DNA of 64,000 bases from Spirochaetia bacterium (lineage in GTDB: Bacteria > Spirochaetota > Spirochaetia > SZUA-6 > Bin103). The stretch is taken from positions 5,120,001 to 5,184,000 of the forward strand of contig CBDBDQ010000005.1 of the NCBI GenBank assembly GCA_965203905.1, read 5' to 3'. Every line of letters begins with the position of its first letter. Positions within the stretch are counted from its first letter, which is position 1. This document shows positions 9,857-18,727 of this stretch, in pieces. Under the pieces are notes generated by a model. It saw nothing but the letters and a program-made list of their open reading frames with translations. It was not told the origin of the DNA and searched no databases. The position numbers and the translations under genes were made by a program.

Positions 9857-9973
9857 AAGGGTATGGCGACTGTACAATTGGCCGACGGCGTGTTCTGCGA
9901 AGCCGAGATCCACTGGTATGAAGCGCACGGCGTCGGCCGCAAGGAGTTCAAGACAAAGAGGGTGATTCGATGA
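9854..9973 (+). pseudogene. 5'-truncated small protein of the HWYEAHG family (putative toxin)
   Basis: Manual translation MKGMATVQLADGVFCEAEIHWYEAHGVGRKEFKTKRVIR; its stop overlaps the ATG at 9970. Confidence 0.7.
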
Positions 9974-10206
9974 CCGACTATGTGCTGTGCATCAGCAACG
10001 CCACCAACCCAGCCAGTCTGATGCTTGGCAAAGTCTACCGGAGGTTGCCCGATGCAGAGGCCGAGGGGCACCAGATGCTTCGTGTAGTCGATGAGGACAG
10101 GTCAGAACCAGGCGGCTACCTTTACCCTGAGTCACACTTTGTTGCGATTGAGCTTCCCGAGGCGGCAAAAAACGTTCTGCGGACAGCCGGCGAACGACAG
10201 GGCTAG
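9970..10206 (+). CDS. Small hypothetical protein, partner of the HWYEAHG protein (putative antitoxin)
   Basis: YVLCISN..PASL..GKVY..LPD.EA....LRVVDE....YLYP..F..IELP pattern; translationally coupled. Confidence 0.75.
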   Translation: MTDYVLCISNATNPASLMLGKVYRRLPDAEAEGHQMLRVVDEDRSEPGGYLYPESHFVAIELPEAAKNVLRTAGERQG

Positions 10207-10320
10207 CATCGATCTCAGGGTCGGCCAGTCCAGGTGCGGCGGCTGCGGATCCCGCTCGAGAGCGTTCGCACTACACCGACGTGCACGCCCGGCGGCACCC
10301 AGACGCCCCCACCACCCCCC

Positions 10321-10412
10321 AACCTTGGGTCGAGCAGGTCCCGCACCGCGTCGCCGAACATGTCGAGGCTGTAGACGACCACGGTCAGGCACAGCCCCGG
10401 CCACAGCGCCAG
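10321..10412 (-). pseudogene. ABC permease (DppC-like) 3' fragment
   Basis: LALWPGLCLTVVVYSLDMFGDAVRDLLDPRL, similar to 8480-8567. Confidence 0.85.
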
Positions 10413-10503
10413 AACTGCCCACCTTGTAGAGAATGATCGACAGCCGGAGCGCCCGCGACTGCGCAGCTGCCCTGATGACCGGTTTCCGGCGCCCAACAAG
10501 TGC

Positions 10504-10782
10504 GTGACCATTGCCGGCGTGAATCGGGGCGCCCTGCCGGGCGCCGCCGCGATGCTCGCCGATTGCAGCACCTCGTCCATCTTCTTCAACGCCGCCAATT
10601 TTCAGCGTTTCGAGCTGAAAGCCGACGGCAAGCTGGTCCTCAAGAATTCCAACCTGTGCCTCGCGGTCGGTGCCGTCTCCGCCGCCACCTACTCAAGCTC
10701 CGACCGCTGGCGAACCCTGTTTGTGGACGATTGCGATAGGGCGGATGCCAAGCTTTCCCGCTGGGAGTTCATTACGCCGTAA
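10504..10782 (+). pseudogene. Ricin-type beta-trefoil lectin-like protein, probably 5'-truncated
   Basis: KCVT...LADC...QRFELKADGKLVLKNSNLCLAV...DDC...RWEF repeat pattern. Confidence 0.55.
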
Positions 10783-10785
10783 GGT

Positions 10786-10857
10786 GGCTTGCCGCCCGAA
10801 GCCGGCCTGCGCCGTCCGAAAGTCGGCTTCGGCCGACTGAAGGCCGGAGGCGTAGGG
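10786..10857. other. Structured palindromic element immediately 3' of the tRNA
   Basis: AGTCGGC-TTCG-GCCGACT hairpin (10821-10838) nested within CCGGCCT/AGGCCGG arms. Confidence 0.5.
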
Positions 10858-10946
10858 TGGCGGTGAGGGTGGGATTCGAACCCACGGTACCCATAAGGCA
10901 CAACGGTTTTCGAGACCGCCCCGTCCGACCGCTCCGGCATCTCACC
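10858..10946 (-). tRNA. tRNA-Ser(CGA)
   Basis: GGTGAGATGCCGGAGCGG..., anticodon loop CT-CGA-AA, long variable arm, GGTTCGAATCCC T-loop, discriminator G and encoded CCA. Confidence 0.95.
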
Positions 10947-11090
10947 TGGGAGCGCGAGTGTTAATGGATTTCGCCCCGGTCCGAAAGGGCAAATTGGCGG
11001 CCGCCCGGAAACGCCTGAAACTGCGCCCCTAAACCATTTGACAGTGATTCTCCCCCATCGGATTGGTCCACCCCTAGGTTTCGGACTGGG

Positions 11091-11610
11091 GTAAGCGCCG
11101 CGTCACGGCCCACTGTGTGACAGCGCGTGGCGGCGACAACAGTACGTCGGTGACGGTGTGACTTACCGGGAGAAGTTCCACGGCATGAGGTCGTCGATAC
11201 GCGACATGGGGTGCATGTCGACGATCCGTCGGAGGGTCACGGTCAGGTATGTCTGGGGGGTTATGTCGTTGAGCTTGCATGTGCCGGGCAGAGAGGCGCA
11301 ACCGGCCCAGGTCCTGGCGCCGTCATCGCTGCCGGCGAAGAGCGCATTCTTGCGCGTCAGAGGGATCGGGCGGATTGCGTTCTCGACCGGGTTGGTGTCC
11401 ATCTCGACGCGGCCGTCCCGGAGGAACCGGGTCAGCCCGTTCCAGCGCCGGAGCGCATATTTGATGTGCCTTGCCAGTTCCGAGGCGTCGGACAGGCGCG
11501 CGAGCTGGGCGTCGAGCCAGGCGCGCAGGGCCTCGACGATCGGAGCCGAGAGTTCCCGGCGCGCTTCGAGGCACTGCTCCGGCGTCCTGCCGCGCACCTC
11601 TTGCACCCGA
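11091..11610 (-). mobile_element. IS66-family remnant (TnpC C-terminus plus terminal inverted repeat)
   Basis: YALRRWNGLTRFLRDGRVEMDTNPVENAIRPIPLTRKNALFAGS...TCKLN...IDDLMPWN; IS66-type end GTAAGCG at 11091. Confidence 0.9.
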
Positions 11611-11648
11611 GGTTCCCTTGGCCGCAGACTTCGGGCACCGAGGTGACA

Positions 11649-12542
11649 ATGCCGAAAACCAACGCGAGGCCGACCACCCACGCGGGTCTCAGACCCGAGC
11701 AGGTCAGCGCCTTTCAGCGCGACGGGTTCCTGAACGCCGGCCGGCTGCTGGACGACGCTGAGCTGGATGAGCTGTCGCACGAACTGGACCGCATCATCGC
11801 CACCGGGCCGGACGGTTTCGCCGACGGTGGTCCGCGGCCGGTGGTGTACCGTACCTTCGAGCCGGAACGCCCGGTCTGGCAGATCATCAACGTCTGGGAG
11901 GCGTCGACGGCTTTCGAGCGGCTGATCTACCATCCCGCCATCGTCAGGGGCATCAGCCAGCTCACCGGCTTTTCCGACCTGCAGGTGTGGCACGACCAGG
12001 TGCAGTACAAGCCCGCCCGGTCCGGCGGCGCCACGGGTTGGCATCAGGACGCACCGCTGTGGCCGAGCATCGATCCGATGACTCCGGTGTCGGCGTGGAT
12101 GCCGTTCGATGACGCCGACGTCGACAACGGCTGCATGTGGATGGTGCCGGGCTCGCACCGCTGGGGGGACCAGCAGCGGGAGTACCTCGCTTCCCTGGAC
12201 GCTCGGCGCAGCCTCGCGGACTTCGCGAGGATAGGAGAGGGGTTCACCCCACCGGAGGACGCCGAGATCCGTGAGATCATGGCGGTACCGCGGCCCGTCA
12301 AGCGCGGCGAGGTGCACTTCCACCATTCCCTGACCTGGCACGGGTCGCCGGAGAACGACTCTGCACGACGGCGGCGGGCGCTGGCCATCCACTACATGAC
12401 CAGCGAGGCGCGGTTTACCGGCCGCGACCACCTGATGCGGGAATTCATCGACCTGGCCGTGGGCGAGCCGATGGCGAAGGCGGGCCCGCACTTCCCGGTG
12501 GTGTGCCGGGACGGCACGCCAGTGGCGCCGCCGGCGGCGTGA
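11649..12542 (+). CDS. Phytanoyl-CoA dioxygenase (PhyH) family Fe(II)/2OG dioxygenase
   Basis: WHQD, NGCMWMVPGSH, HHSLTWHGS..N.S..RRRA; GAGG RBS. Confidence 0.92.
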   Translation: MPKTNARPTTHAGLRPEQVSAFQRDGFLNAGRLLDDAELDELSHELDRIIATGPDGFADGGPRPVVYRTFEPERPVWQIINVWEASTAFERLIYHPAIVRGISQLTGFSDLQVWHDQVQYKPARSGGATGWHQDAPLWPSIDPMTPVSAWMPFDDADVDNGCMWMVPGSHRWGDQQREYLASLDARRSLADFARIGEGFTPPEDAEIREIMAVPRPVKRGEVHFHHSLTWHGSPENDSARRRRALAIHYMTSEARFTGRDHLMREFIDLAVGEPMAKAGPHFPVVCRDGTPVAPPAA

Positions 12543-12659
12543 TCTGACGGCTGAGCGGCGCGCCGGGGCCAGCCTGCGGGCGCGCCGTTACCTGGCGCGA
12601 TCCGCGGCGAGCCGGGCGCCGCCACCGCGGAGCGTGGCTCAGCTACCCCTGAGCAGCGT

Positions 12660-12990
12660 CCCGAGATTCTCCAGCGGGTCTTCGACGAACGGAACAAACT
12701 TCATCGGCGTGACCAGCGCCACCAGATCGGCGGGCAGATCATCACCATGATGCCGTTCCAGAAGTTCGGCGTTGCCAGGCCGATGACGGCGGCGGTGCGG
12801 CCGGCGTAGTCGACGGCCGTGTCCTGACGGACCGCCGAGTAGATGCCGACCGGCAGCGCCAGCAACAGCCCAATGAGGATGGCCATGATGCCGAGCTCGA
12901 TGATGAGCGGCAATCTACGCAGTATCTCGGCCTCTATCGGGCAGTGTCCGTATTTCCGCCTATGGTGCCCTCGCCGTAGTAACCCATGGA
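12660..12990 (-). pseudogene. ABC permease (DppB-like) internal fragment
   Basis: RLPLIIELGIMAILIGLLLALPVGIYSAVRQDTAVDYAGRTAAVIGLATPNFW, then FVPFVEDPLENLG after a frameshift. Confidence 0.85.
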
Positions 12991-13024
12991 TTCGACTCAC
13001 TGATGTCGCGTGCTGCCGCGGCAG

Positions 13025-13270
13025 TCAGGCCGCCACCGGTTCCCACTGGATAACCTCGACCACGGTGTGTTTCCGGCGGGCCTCGGCGACGATGGTCTCC
13101 AGGCGCGCCGCCACGGCATCTTCGATCCAGGCCTCGCCGCACTGCGAGCAGACCCGGGCCGGAACTCCGCGGACGACGACGACTCCGGTCTTCAGATCCA
13201 CGGCAAAGACCGTCGTGCCCGGTTCCTGCGGCCCCCCGCACAGGGCACATCTGCCCTCGTTCGACTTCAT
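13025..13270 (-). CDS. YgiT-type zinc finger / MqsA-like antitoxin
   Basis: CALCGG...VVRGVPARVCSQCGE; GGAGG RBS. Confidence 0.88.
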   Translation of the reverse strand: MKSNEGRCALCGGPQEPGTTVFAVDLKTGVVVVRGVPARVCSQCGEAWIEDAVAARLETIVAEARRKHTVVEVIQWEPVAA

Positions 13271-13435
13271 GAAGTCCTCCTTCGCGTCTTGTAGTCCGCC
13301 TCGAAATGCTCCGGATCCGGCCGCTAGGCGGTGATCACGTAGCCGATGCCCGCTTCCACATCGACGGCCGCGACAACGTGGAGGGGTTGCTGTCCCATGT
13401 GCAACAAGAGGCAGCTTGGAAGCGGCCTGTAAACG
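13267..13435 (-). pseudogene. DUF4258 toxin, 5'-truncated with a nonsense codon
   Basis: PLPSCLLL...PLHVVAAVD...YVITA*RPDPEHFEADYKTRR; TAG replaces the Tyr of ITAYxPD. Confidence 0.8.
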
Positions 13436-13454
13436 AGTGGTCGGTCAGGTTGGC

Positions 13455-13889
13455 TCAGTGGGGTTCGGCTCGAAATACAGGAATCCGGCGCTCGGTCTTG
13501 TTCTGATAGTCGGCGTAGGGAGGGAAGGCGGCCACGGCGAGGTCCCATAGCCTGGCGCGCTCCGGGTCATCCTGCACCTCACGCGCCCGCATCTCCTGCG
13601 TCGAAGTTCCGTCACGGATCGTCACCGTCGGGTTGGCCCGCAGGTTGTGCACCCACACCGGATCGGTTGGCGCGCCGCCCCGGGATCCGACCAGCACGTA
13701 GCCGTCACCATCCGCTACCCGCATCAGCGGCGTCTTGCGGATGGCGCCGGTCTTGTTGCCGATGTGTGTCACCACGATTACCGGCAGCCCGGTGTCGCGC
13801 AGGGTGGTCCCCTCGTTGCCACCGCTCCGTTCATACAGCTCCACCTGGTCACGTACCCACTGCACCGGACTCGGAATGTACTCAGCCAT
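13455..13889 (-). CDS. Deazaflavin (F420)-dependent nitroreductase family oxidoreductase (Ddn-like)
   Basis: GNKTGAIRKTPLMRV, VGSRGGAPTDPVWVHNLRANP, YADYQNKTERRIPVF. Confidence 0.92.
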   Translation of the reverse strand: MAEYIPSPVQWVRDQVELYERSGGNEGTTLRDTGLPVIVVTHIGNKTGAIRKTPLMRVADGDGYVLVGSRGGAPTDPVWVHNLRANPTVTIRDGTSTQEMRAREVQDDPERARLWDLAVAAFPPYADYQNKTERRIPVFRAEPH

Positions 13890-13996
13890 CACGTCGCACC
13901 CCCATGGCAGCGATGCTACCGCAATCCGGGTCCGCGCGTCCGCTTCACGCCGCGGCCGGGACCGAACCTGCATGTTCGAGCAGTGCTTCCGGCAGG

Positions 13997-14884
13997 TCAG
14001 GCGGTCGCTGCATCGATCCGGGCGCGGTCGCCGGCATCCAGCTCGAAGTCGGCAGCGCGTGCCGAGTCCGCGATGGTGGCGGTGCGGCTGGCGCCCACGA
14101 TTACCAGCACGTGCGGCCCCTTGGCCAGCAGCCAGGCGAGCACCAGTCGCTGCGGGCTCACGCCATGGCGCTCGGCCAGCCTCGCAACCGCGGGGTGCCG
14201 TCGAGCAAGATCGCGCGCCCCATGCGGCGGGGCAGCGATGCCGCCCAATGGGCTCCAGGGGATGAATGCCAGTCCCCGCGTCTCGGTAGCCGCCAGGGCG
14301 CCGTCCCGCTCGGGTTGCCGGTGCGCCAGCGAGTACTGGTTCTGGGTGCTGGCGATCGCGGTCACGGACTGGGCCTCGTCGAGTTGCGCGACCGAGTACT
14401 CGCTGACCCCGATGAAGCGCACCTTTCCTTCTTCGCGCAGGCGGGCAAGCGCGCCGATGCTCTCGGCGATCGGCACCTCGGGATCGGGCCGGTGGTGCTG
14501 CAGGAGGTCGAGCCGCTCGACGCCGAGGTTGCGCAGGGAAGCCTCGCACTGCCCACGCAGGTACTCCGGGCGGCCGTTTGGAACCCAGGCTCCGCCGGGG
14601 CGCATGTGACCGGCCTTGGTTGCCACCACCACCCGCGCGCGCACGTCTGCGGAGAGCTGCGCCAGGGCGGTACGAAACAGGCGCTCGTTGTGGCCCATGT
14701 CCGATTCGCCGCGGCCGTAGCTGTCCGCGGTGTCGATGAAGGTCACGCCCTGGTCTACGGCATGATGGATGACCTTGATCGCGGTTGCCTCGTCGGGGCG
14801 CGTCTCAGGGACGGACAGTGGCACGCCGCCGAGACCGACGGCGCTGACCGACAGGCCGGTGTTGCCAAGTGGACGGTATCGCAT
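13997..14884 (-). CDS. Aldo/keto reductase
   Basis: MRYRPLGNTGLSVSAVGLG, IDTADSYG, SLRNLGVERLDL, GKVRFIGVS. Confidence 0.93.
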   Translation of the reverse strand: MRYRPLGNTGLSVSAVGLGGVPLSVPETRPDEATAIKVIHHAVDQGVTFIDTADSYGRGESDMGHNERLFRTALAQLSADVRARVVVATKAGHMRPGGAWVPNGRPEYLRGQCEASLRNLGVERLDLLQHHRPDPEVPIAESIGALARLREEGKVRFIGVSEYSVAQLDEAQSVTAIASTQNQYSLAHRQPERDGALAATETRGLAFIPWSPLGGIAAPPHGARDLARRHPAVARLAERHGVSPQRLVLAWLLAKGPHVLVIVGASRTATIADSARAADFELDAGDRARIDAATA

Positions 14885-15113
14885 GCCGCCCAGGGTAGCC
14901 AAACTCCCGCCTGGACGAAAGCAAGTCCCTCCATCTACGTGCGCAGCTCTCCCATCGGGCGGAGCCCGTGGTAGTCACGGAAGAAAAGCGGCGGTTCTGG
15001 GATTCCGCAGCCGCCGGCGCGGTGCGGGCGCCCTGGCCCGCCAGTGAGCGCCGGCAGCCGGCAAGCTCACGACCTGACCACCAACCGCCGCGCATCGCCA
15101 GCGCCGGCCGGCG

Positions 15114-16661
15114 TCAGCCGTCGGCCACCTCGAACGCCGTGACGTTGCGCCGGTCGCGGCTGAACTCTACCCCGATCAGGTGGATCGGCTCACCGCGCCC
15201 CCGGTACTTCGCCGCGTAGTCCCGCTCCCGCAACTGCGCCAGCGCCGACCCCGGCGCCGACAACTCCACCACCTTGAACTCGAACAGGTACACGTGCCCG
15301 CCGGTACGGACCGCCATGTCCAGCCGCCCGTGGGTGCTCGATTCCTCCACTGCGATCTCGTACCCCAGCGCTGCGAAGTAGGAGTAGAACACGCTCGCGT
15401 AGAATCCCTCGTACCGCGCAATGTCGTTGTTCGTGTACCATTCGTACGGGATGCTGGCGAAGAAGGCGTGGAACAACTCCTTCAGCCCCGCACAGTCGCG
15501 CGCCGCAAGCAGCCGTTGCAGGCGGATGCTGTTCGCCGTCTGGCGTTCGCTGTCCCGCACCAGATGCAGCAGTAGACACTCATTCAGGCCCTGCCGCACC
15601 TCGCGGTTTGGATAGCCCAGCCGGTACAGCGCCTTGCCGCCCAACTCCTCCTCCCCGGTGATCGTCAAGTAGCCGGTCTGGAACAGCAGCGCCTCGGTGC
15701 CGATGTGCTCCACGTCGAACGCCGACAACAGCGCCTCGGTGCTGACCGTCTGGTCCAGTGACACCGACGTTACCCGCCGCTCGAACAGCGTGTCCACCAG
15801 AAACGCCGGCGTGCCCGTCTCGAACCAGTGGGCGGCGAACTTGCGGCGGCGCAACAGCAGCAGCACGTCGTACGGGTTGTACACCTTCTCCGCTCCCAGC
15901 CAGCTATAGCCGTTGTACCACTCACGGATTCGCTCCCGGTCCAGACCGGCCAGCTCCGGGGCGAACACCGTCTCCAGGTCGCTCTCCGTGTAGCCGCAGA
16001 CCGAGGAGTAGACCGGATCCAGCGTGATGTCCGTGAGGTTGTTCAGTTGGGAAAACAGGTTCACCTTGGAGAACTTGCTGATGCCCGTCAGAAACGCGAA
16101 CCGCACGTGCGCGTCGCTGTCTTTGATGACCCCGTACAGCCCGCGCAGGTAGCTGCGGTTGGCGAGTGCCACCTCCGCCGTCTTCAGCGCGTCCAGGATC
16201 GGCTTGTCGTACTCGTCCACCAGCACCACCACCCGCCGCCCGGCGCGCGCATGCACGGTCCTGAGCAGATGCGCGAACCGCTCCGGCGCAGTGGCGTAGC
16301 GCGGGCTCACGCCCTGTTGTTCCGCCACCCCCTCCAACTGCGCCATCACGTTGGCGTGCAGATGTGCGGGCTCGGTAAAGCTGCTGCCGCCGAAGCTCAG
16401 CCGCACCACCGGATGCCGCTCCGACCAGTTGTGGCCGGCGTGGATGTGCAGCCCTTCGAACAGCTCCTCGCTCCCTTCGAACAGTTCCTTGAGCGTGTCC
16501 AGGAACAGGCTCTTGCCGAACCGCCGCGGCCGCGACAGGAAGTAGTGTTTGCCTTCGTGGCGCAGCCGCTCGATGTAGGCGGTCTTGTCCACGTAGTAGC
16601 AGCCCTCCTCGCGCAACTCGCGAAAGGTCTGGATGCCGATGGGCAGCCGACGCCGTGTCAT
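15114..16661 (-). CDS. AAA-ATPase-like domain + C-terminal PD-(D/E)XK nuclease protein
   Basis: LPIGIQTF, YYVDKT, RPRRFGKSL (Walker A), LVDEYDKP (Walker B), GRLDM...FEFK; leaderless TAAGAT-N7-ATG. Confidence 0.93.
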   Translation of the reverse strand: MTRRRLPIGIQTFRELREEGCYYVDKTAYIERLRHEGKHYFLSRPRRFGKSLFLDTLKELFEGSEELFEGLHIHAGHNWSERHPVVRLSFGGSSFTEPAHLHANVMAQLEGVAEQQGVSPRYATAPERFAHLLRTVHARAGRRVVVLVDEYDKPILDALKTAEVALANRSYLRGLYGVIKDSDAHVRFAFLTGISKFSKVNLFSQLNNLTDITLDPVYSSVCGYTESDLETVFAPELAGLDRERIREWYNGYSWLGAEKVYNPYDVLLLLRRRKFAAHWFETGTPAFLVDTLFERRVTSVSLDQTVSTEALLSAFDVEHIGTEALLFQTGYLTITGEEELGGKALYRLGYPNREVRQGLNECLLLHLVRDSERQTANSIRLQRLLAARDCAGLKELFHAFFASIPYEWYTNNDIARYEGFYASVFYSYFAALGYEIAVEESSTHGRLDMAVRTGGHVYLFEFKVVELSAPGSALAQLRERDYAAKYRGRGEPIHLIGVEFSRDRRNVTAFEVADG

Positions 16662-16819
16662 TGGCCTCATCTTACCGCGTCGCCGGCAATGCACAAATCC
16701 GTCACCTGTCGTTGGCGCTGCTGAGCGGCGCCATCGACACCCGCGTAGGCGACTCGCTGCTATCGGTGCTCCAGTGACGAGGTCGGTCGTGTGAAGCCGC
16801 GCGCGGTACGTCGCACCGG

Positions 16820-17689
16820 CTACGTCGCGCGGTCGGTACCGAGACGCCCGCCACCGCCTCTGAGCCGCGGGTCGAGCAGATCCCGCATCGCGTCGCCGAA
16901 CATGTTCAGGCAGTAGACGACAATCGTCAGGCAGGCACCGGGCCAGAACGCCAGCCAGGGTGCCTGCTGCATGTACTCACGCCCTTCCCGACTGAGCATG
17001 GCACCCCAGCTCGGCACGCCGACCGGCAGACCGAATCCGAGAAAGCTCAGAGAAGCCTCGGCGATGATTGCCCCGCCGACGTTGATGCTGAAGATGATGA
17101 TGACGACCGGCATGATGTTGGGCAGGACGTGACGGATGAAGGTTCTCCACTTCGAGGCGCCGATCACTTCGACCGCCTGGAAGTACGCATTCTCCTTGAT
17201 GTCGATGACGGCGCCTCTGATGAGTCTGGAGCCACCGATGCCTCCGGTTACCCCCAGGACCACGATGAGCTGTGGCAAACCCCGTCCCACGATGGACATG
17301 ATCGTCAACAACACCAGCAGTCCCGGGATAGCCATCCAGGCATCGACCAACCTCTGCACGACCAGGTCTACCCGGCTACCCAAGAACCCTGACGTGCCGC
17401 CGATCAGGGTGGCGACCACGACATTCAGAGCGGTCGCCGCCAGACCGACGGTCAACGAGAGCCGGGCCCCGTGGATGAGACGGCTCAACAAGTCTCGCCC
17501 CATCTGGTCGGTACCGAGGAGATAGCGGGCTGATGAGCCGGTCAGCCGGTCTGCCAGGTGCATCTCGAGATAGTCATACGGGGCCAGAGCATCGGCAAAG
17601 ACAGCCACCAGAATCAGTATCAGAATGATGATCCCGCTGATAGCACCGAGTGACTTCTCTTTCCACATCCTGACAAGGAAAGCAGCCAT
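16820..17689 (-). CDS. ABC transporter permease (DppC-like), operon 2
   Basis: LLGTDQMGRDLLSR, HVLPNI, FGDAMRDLLDPR. Confidence 0.93.
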   Translation of the reverse strand: MAAFLVRMWKEKSLGAISGIIILILILVAVFADALAPYDYLEMHLADRLTGSSARYLLGTDQMGRDLLSRLIHGARLSLTVGLAATALNVVVATLIGGTSGFLGSRVDLVVQRLVDAWMAIPGLLVLLTIMSIVGRGLPQLIVVLGVTGGIGGSRLIRGAVIDIKENAYFQAVEVIGASKWRTFIRHVLPNIMPVVIIIFSINVGGAIIAEASLSFLGFGLPVGVPSWGAMLSREGREYMQQAPWLAFWPGACLTIVVYCLNMFGDAMRDLLDPRLRGGGGRLGTDRAT

Positions 17690-17694
17690 GTTCA

Positions 17695-18651
17695 CTACTG
17701 GTAGCGGACCCTGGGATCCAGATAGCCATAGAGCAGATCGACGACGAGATTGGCCCCCACCACCGCCGTGCCGAAAACCAGGTTCAGTCCGGAGACGACC
17801 GTGTAGTCTCGGTCGGTGAGCGCGGACACCATGAGAAAACCCAGCCCCGGCAGGTTGAATACGTTTTCCATGATGACGGAGCCGCCGATCACGATGGGGA
17901 GCTGCAGGCCTACCAGCGTAACGATCGGGATGAGGGCATTCTTGACGGCGTGTCTGAGAACCACCGCCTGTTCCTTCAGACCCTTGGACCAGGCCGTCCG
18001 GATGAAGTCCTGCCGGAGCACCTCCAACATCATGGTGCGCGTCATCCGCATGGTGGCGGCAGACATGGCCGTGCCCAGAATCAGGCTGGGAATGATGAAC
18101 ACCCCGAGATTCCCCAGCGGATCTTCGGTGAAGGGAATCAGCCGCAGCGGCGGCGACCAGCCCCACCAGATTGCCGGATAGAGCAACACCATGAGTGCTA
18201 TCCAGAAATTCGGCGTTGCCAGGCCAATAATGGCGACCGAGCGCCCCAGGTAGTCGGCGGCAGTATCCTGGCGAATCGCCGAGTAGATGCCCACCGGCAG
18301 GGCTATCACGAGCGCAATCACGATTGCCATGACACCAAGCTGAACGGTCACGGGCAGTCTGCCTACTATCTTCTCCTTCACCGAGAAACGGCTGACCAGT
18401 GATTCGCCCAGGCTCCCGTGGAGGACAATATCCCTTATCCAGCGTCCATATTGCACATAGACAGGCACGTCCAATCCCAGCGTATGCTCGAGAGCTTCAC
18501 GGTCGATCGTGCCCTCCGTGAACACCATGTCTTTCGCCATTGCGTCTATTACATCGCCCGGGAGGAAGCGGACCAAGAGAAAGACGATGACGCTCAACAT
18601 GATGAGAGTGGGGATGACCAGCAGCAGCCGCCGAATGATATACGCTCTCAT
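17695..18651 (-). CDS. ABC transporter permease (DppB-like), operon 2
   Basis: MRAYIIRR, LEVLRQDFIRTAWSKGL, YLDPRVRYQ. Confidence 0.95.
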   Translation of the reverse strand: MRAYIIRRLLLVIPTLIMLSVIVFLLVRFLPGDVIDAMAKDMVFTEGTIDREALEHTLGLDVPVYVQYGRWIRDIVLHGSLGESLVSRFSVKEKIVGRLPVTVQLGVMAIVIALVIALPVGIYSAIRQDTAADYLGRSVAIIGLATPNFWIALMVLLYPAIWWGWSPPLRLIPFTEDPLGNLGVFIIPSLILGTAMSAATMRMTRTMMLEVLRQDFIRTAWSKGLKEQAVVLRHAVKNALIPIVTLVGLQLPIVIGGSVIMENVFNLPGLGFLMVSALTDRDYTVVSGLNLVFGTAVVGANLVVDLLYGYLDPRVRYQ

Positions 18652-18659
18652 AATCAAAT

Positions 18660-18700
18660 GAGACGGGAGCGGGGAGGCTGACCCTCCCTGCTCCCGTCTC
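18660..18700 (-). terminator. Intergenic hairpin between SBP2 and permease
   Basis: GAGACGGGAGCGGGGAGG-CTGAC-CCTCCCTGCTCCCGTCTC long stem. Confidence 0.65.
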
Positions 18701-18727
18701 GTTCAAAGTCAGCAGTTGGAACTGAAT

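Noticed and set aside
11163-12491. 442-aa ORF as a full IS66 transposase
   Set aside because: Only the last ~150 aa are TnpC; the rest is antisense to the PhyH gene.
2900-13450. Classical integron cassette array
   Set aside because: No tyrosine integrase, no attC-like repeats seen, and cassettes lie in both orientations.
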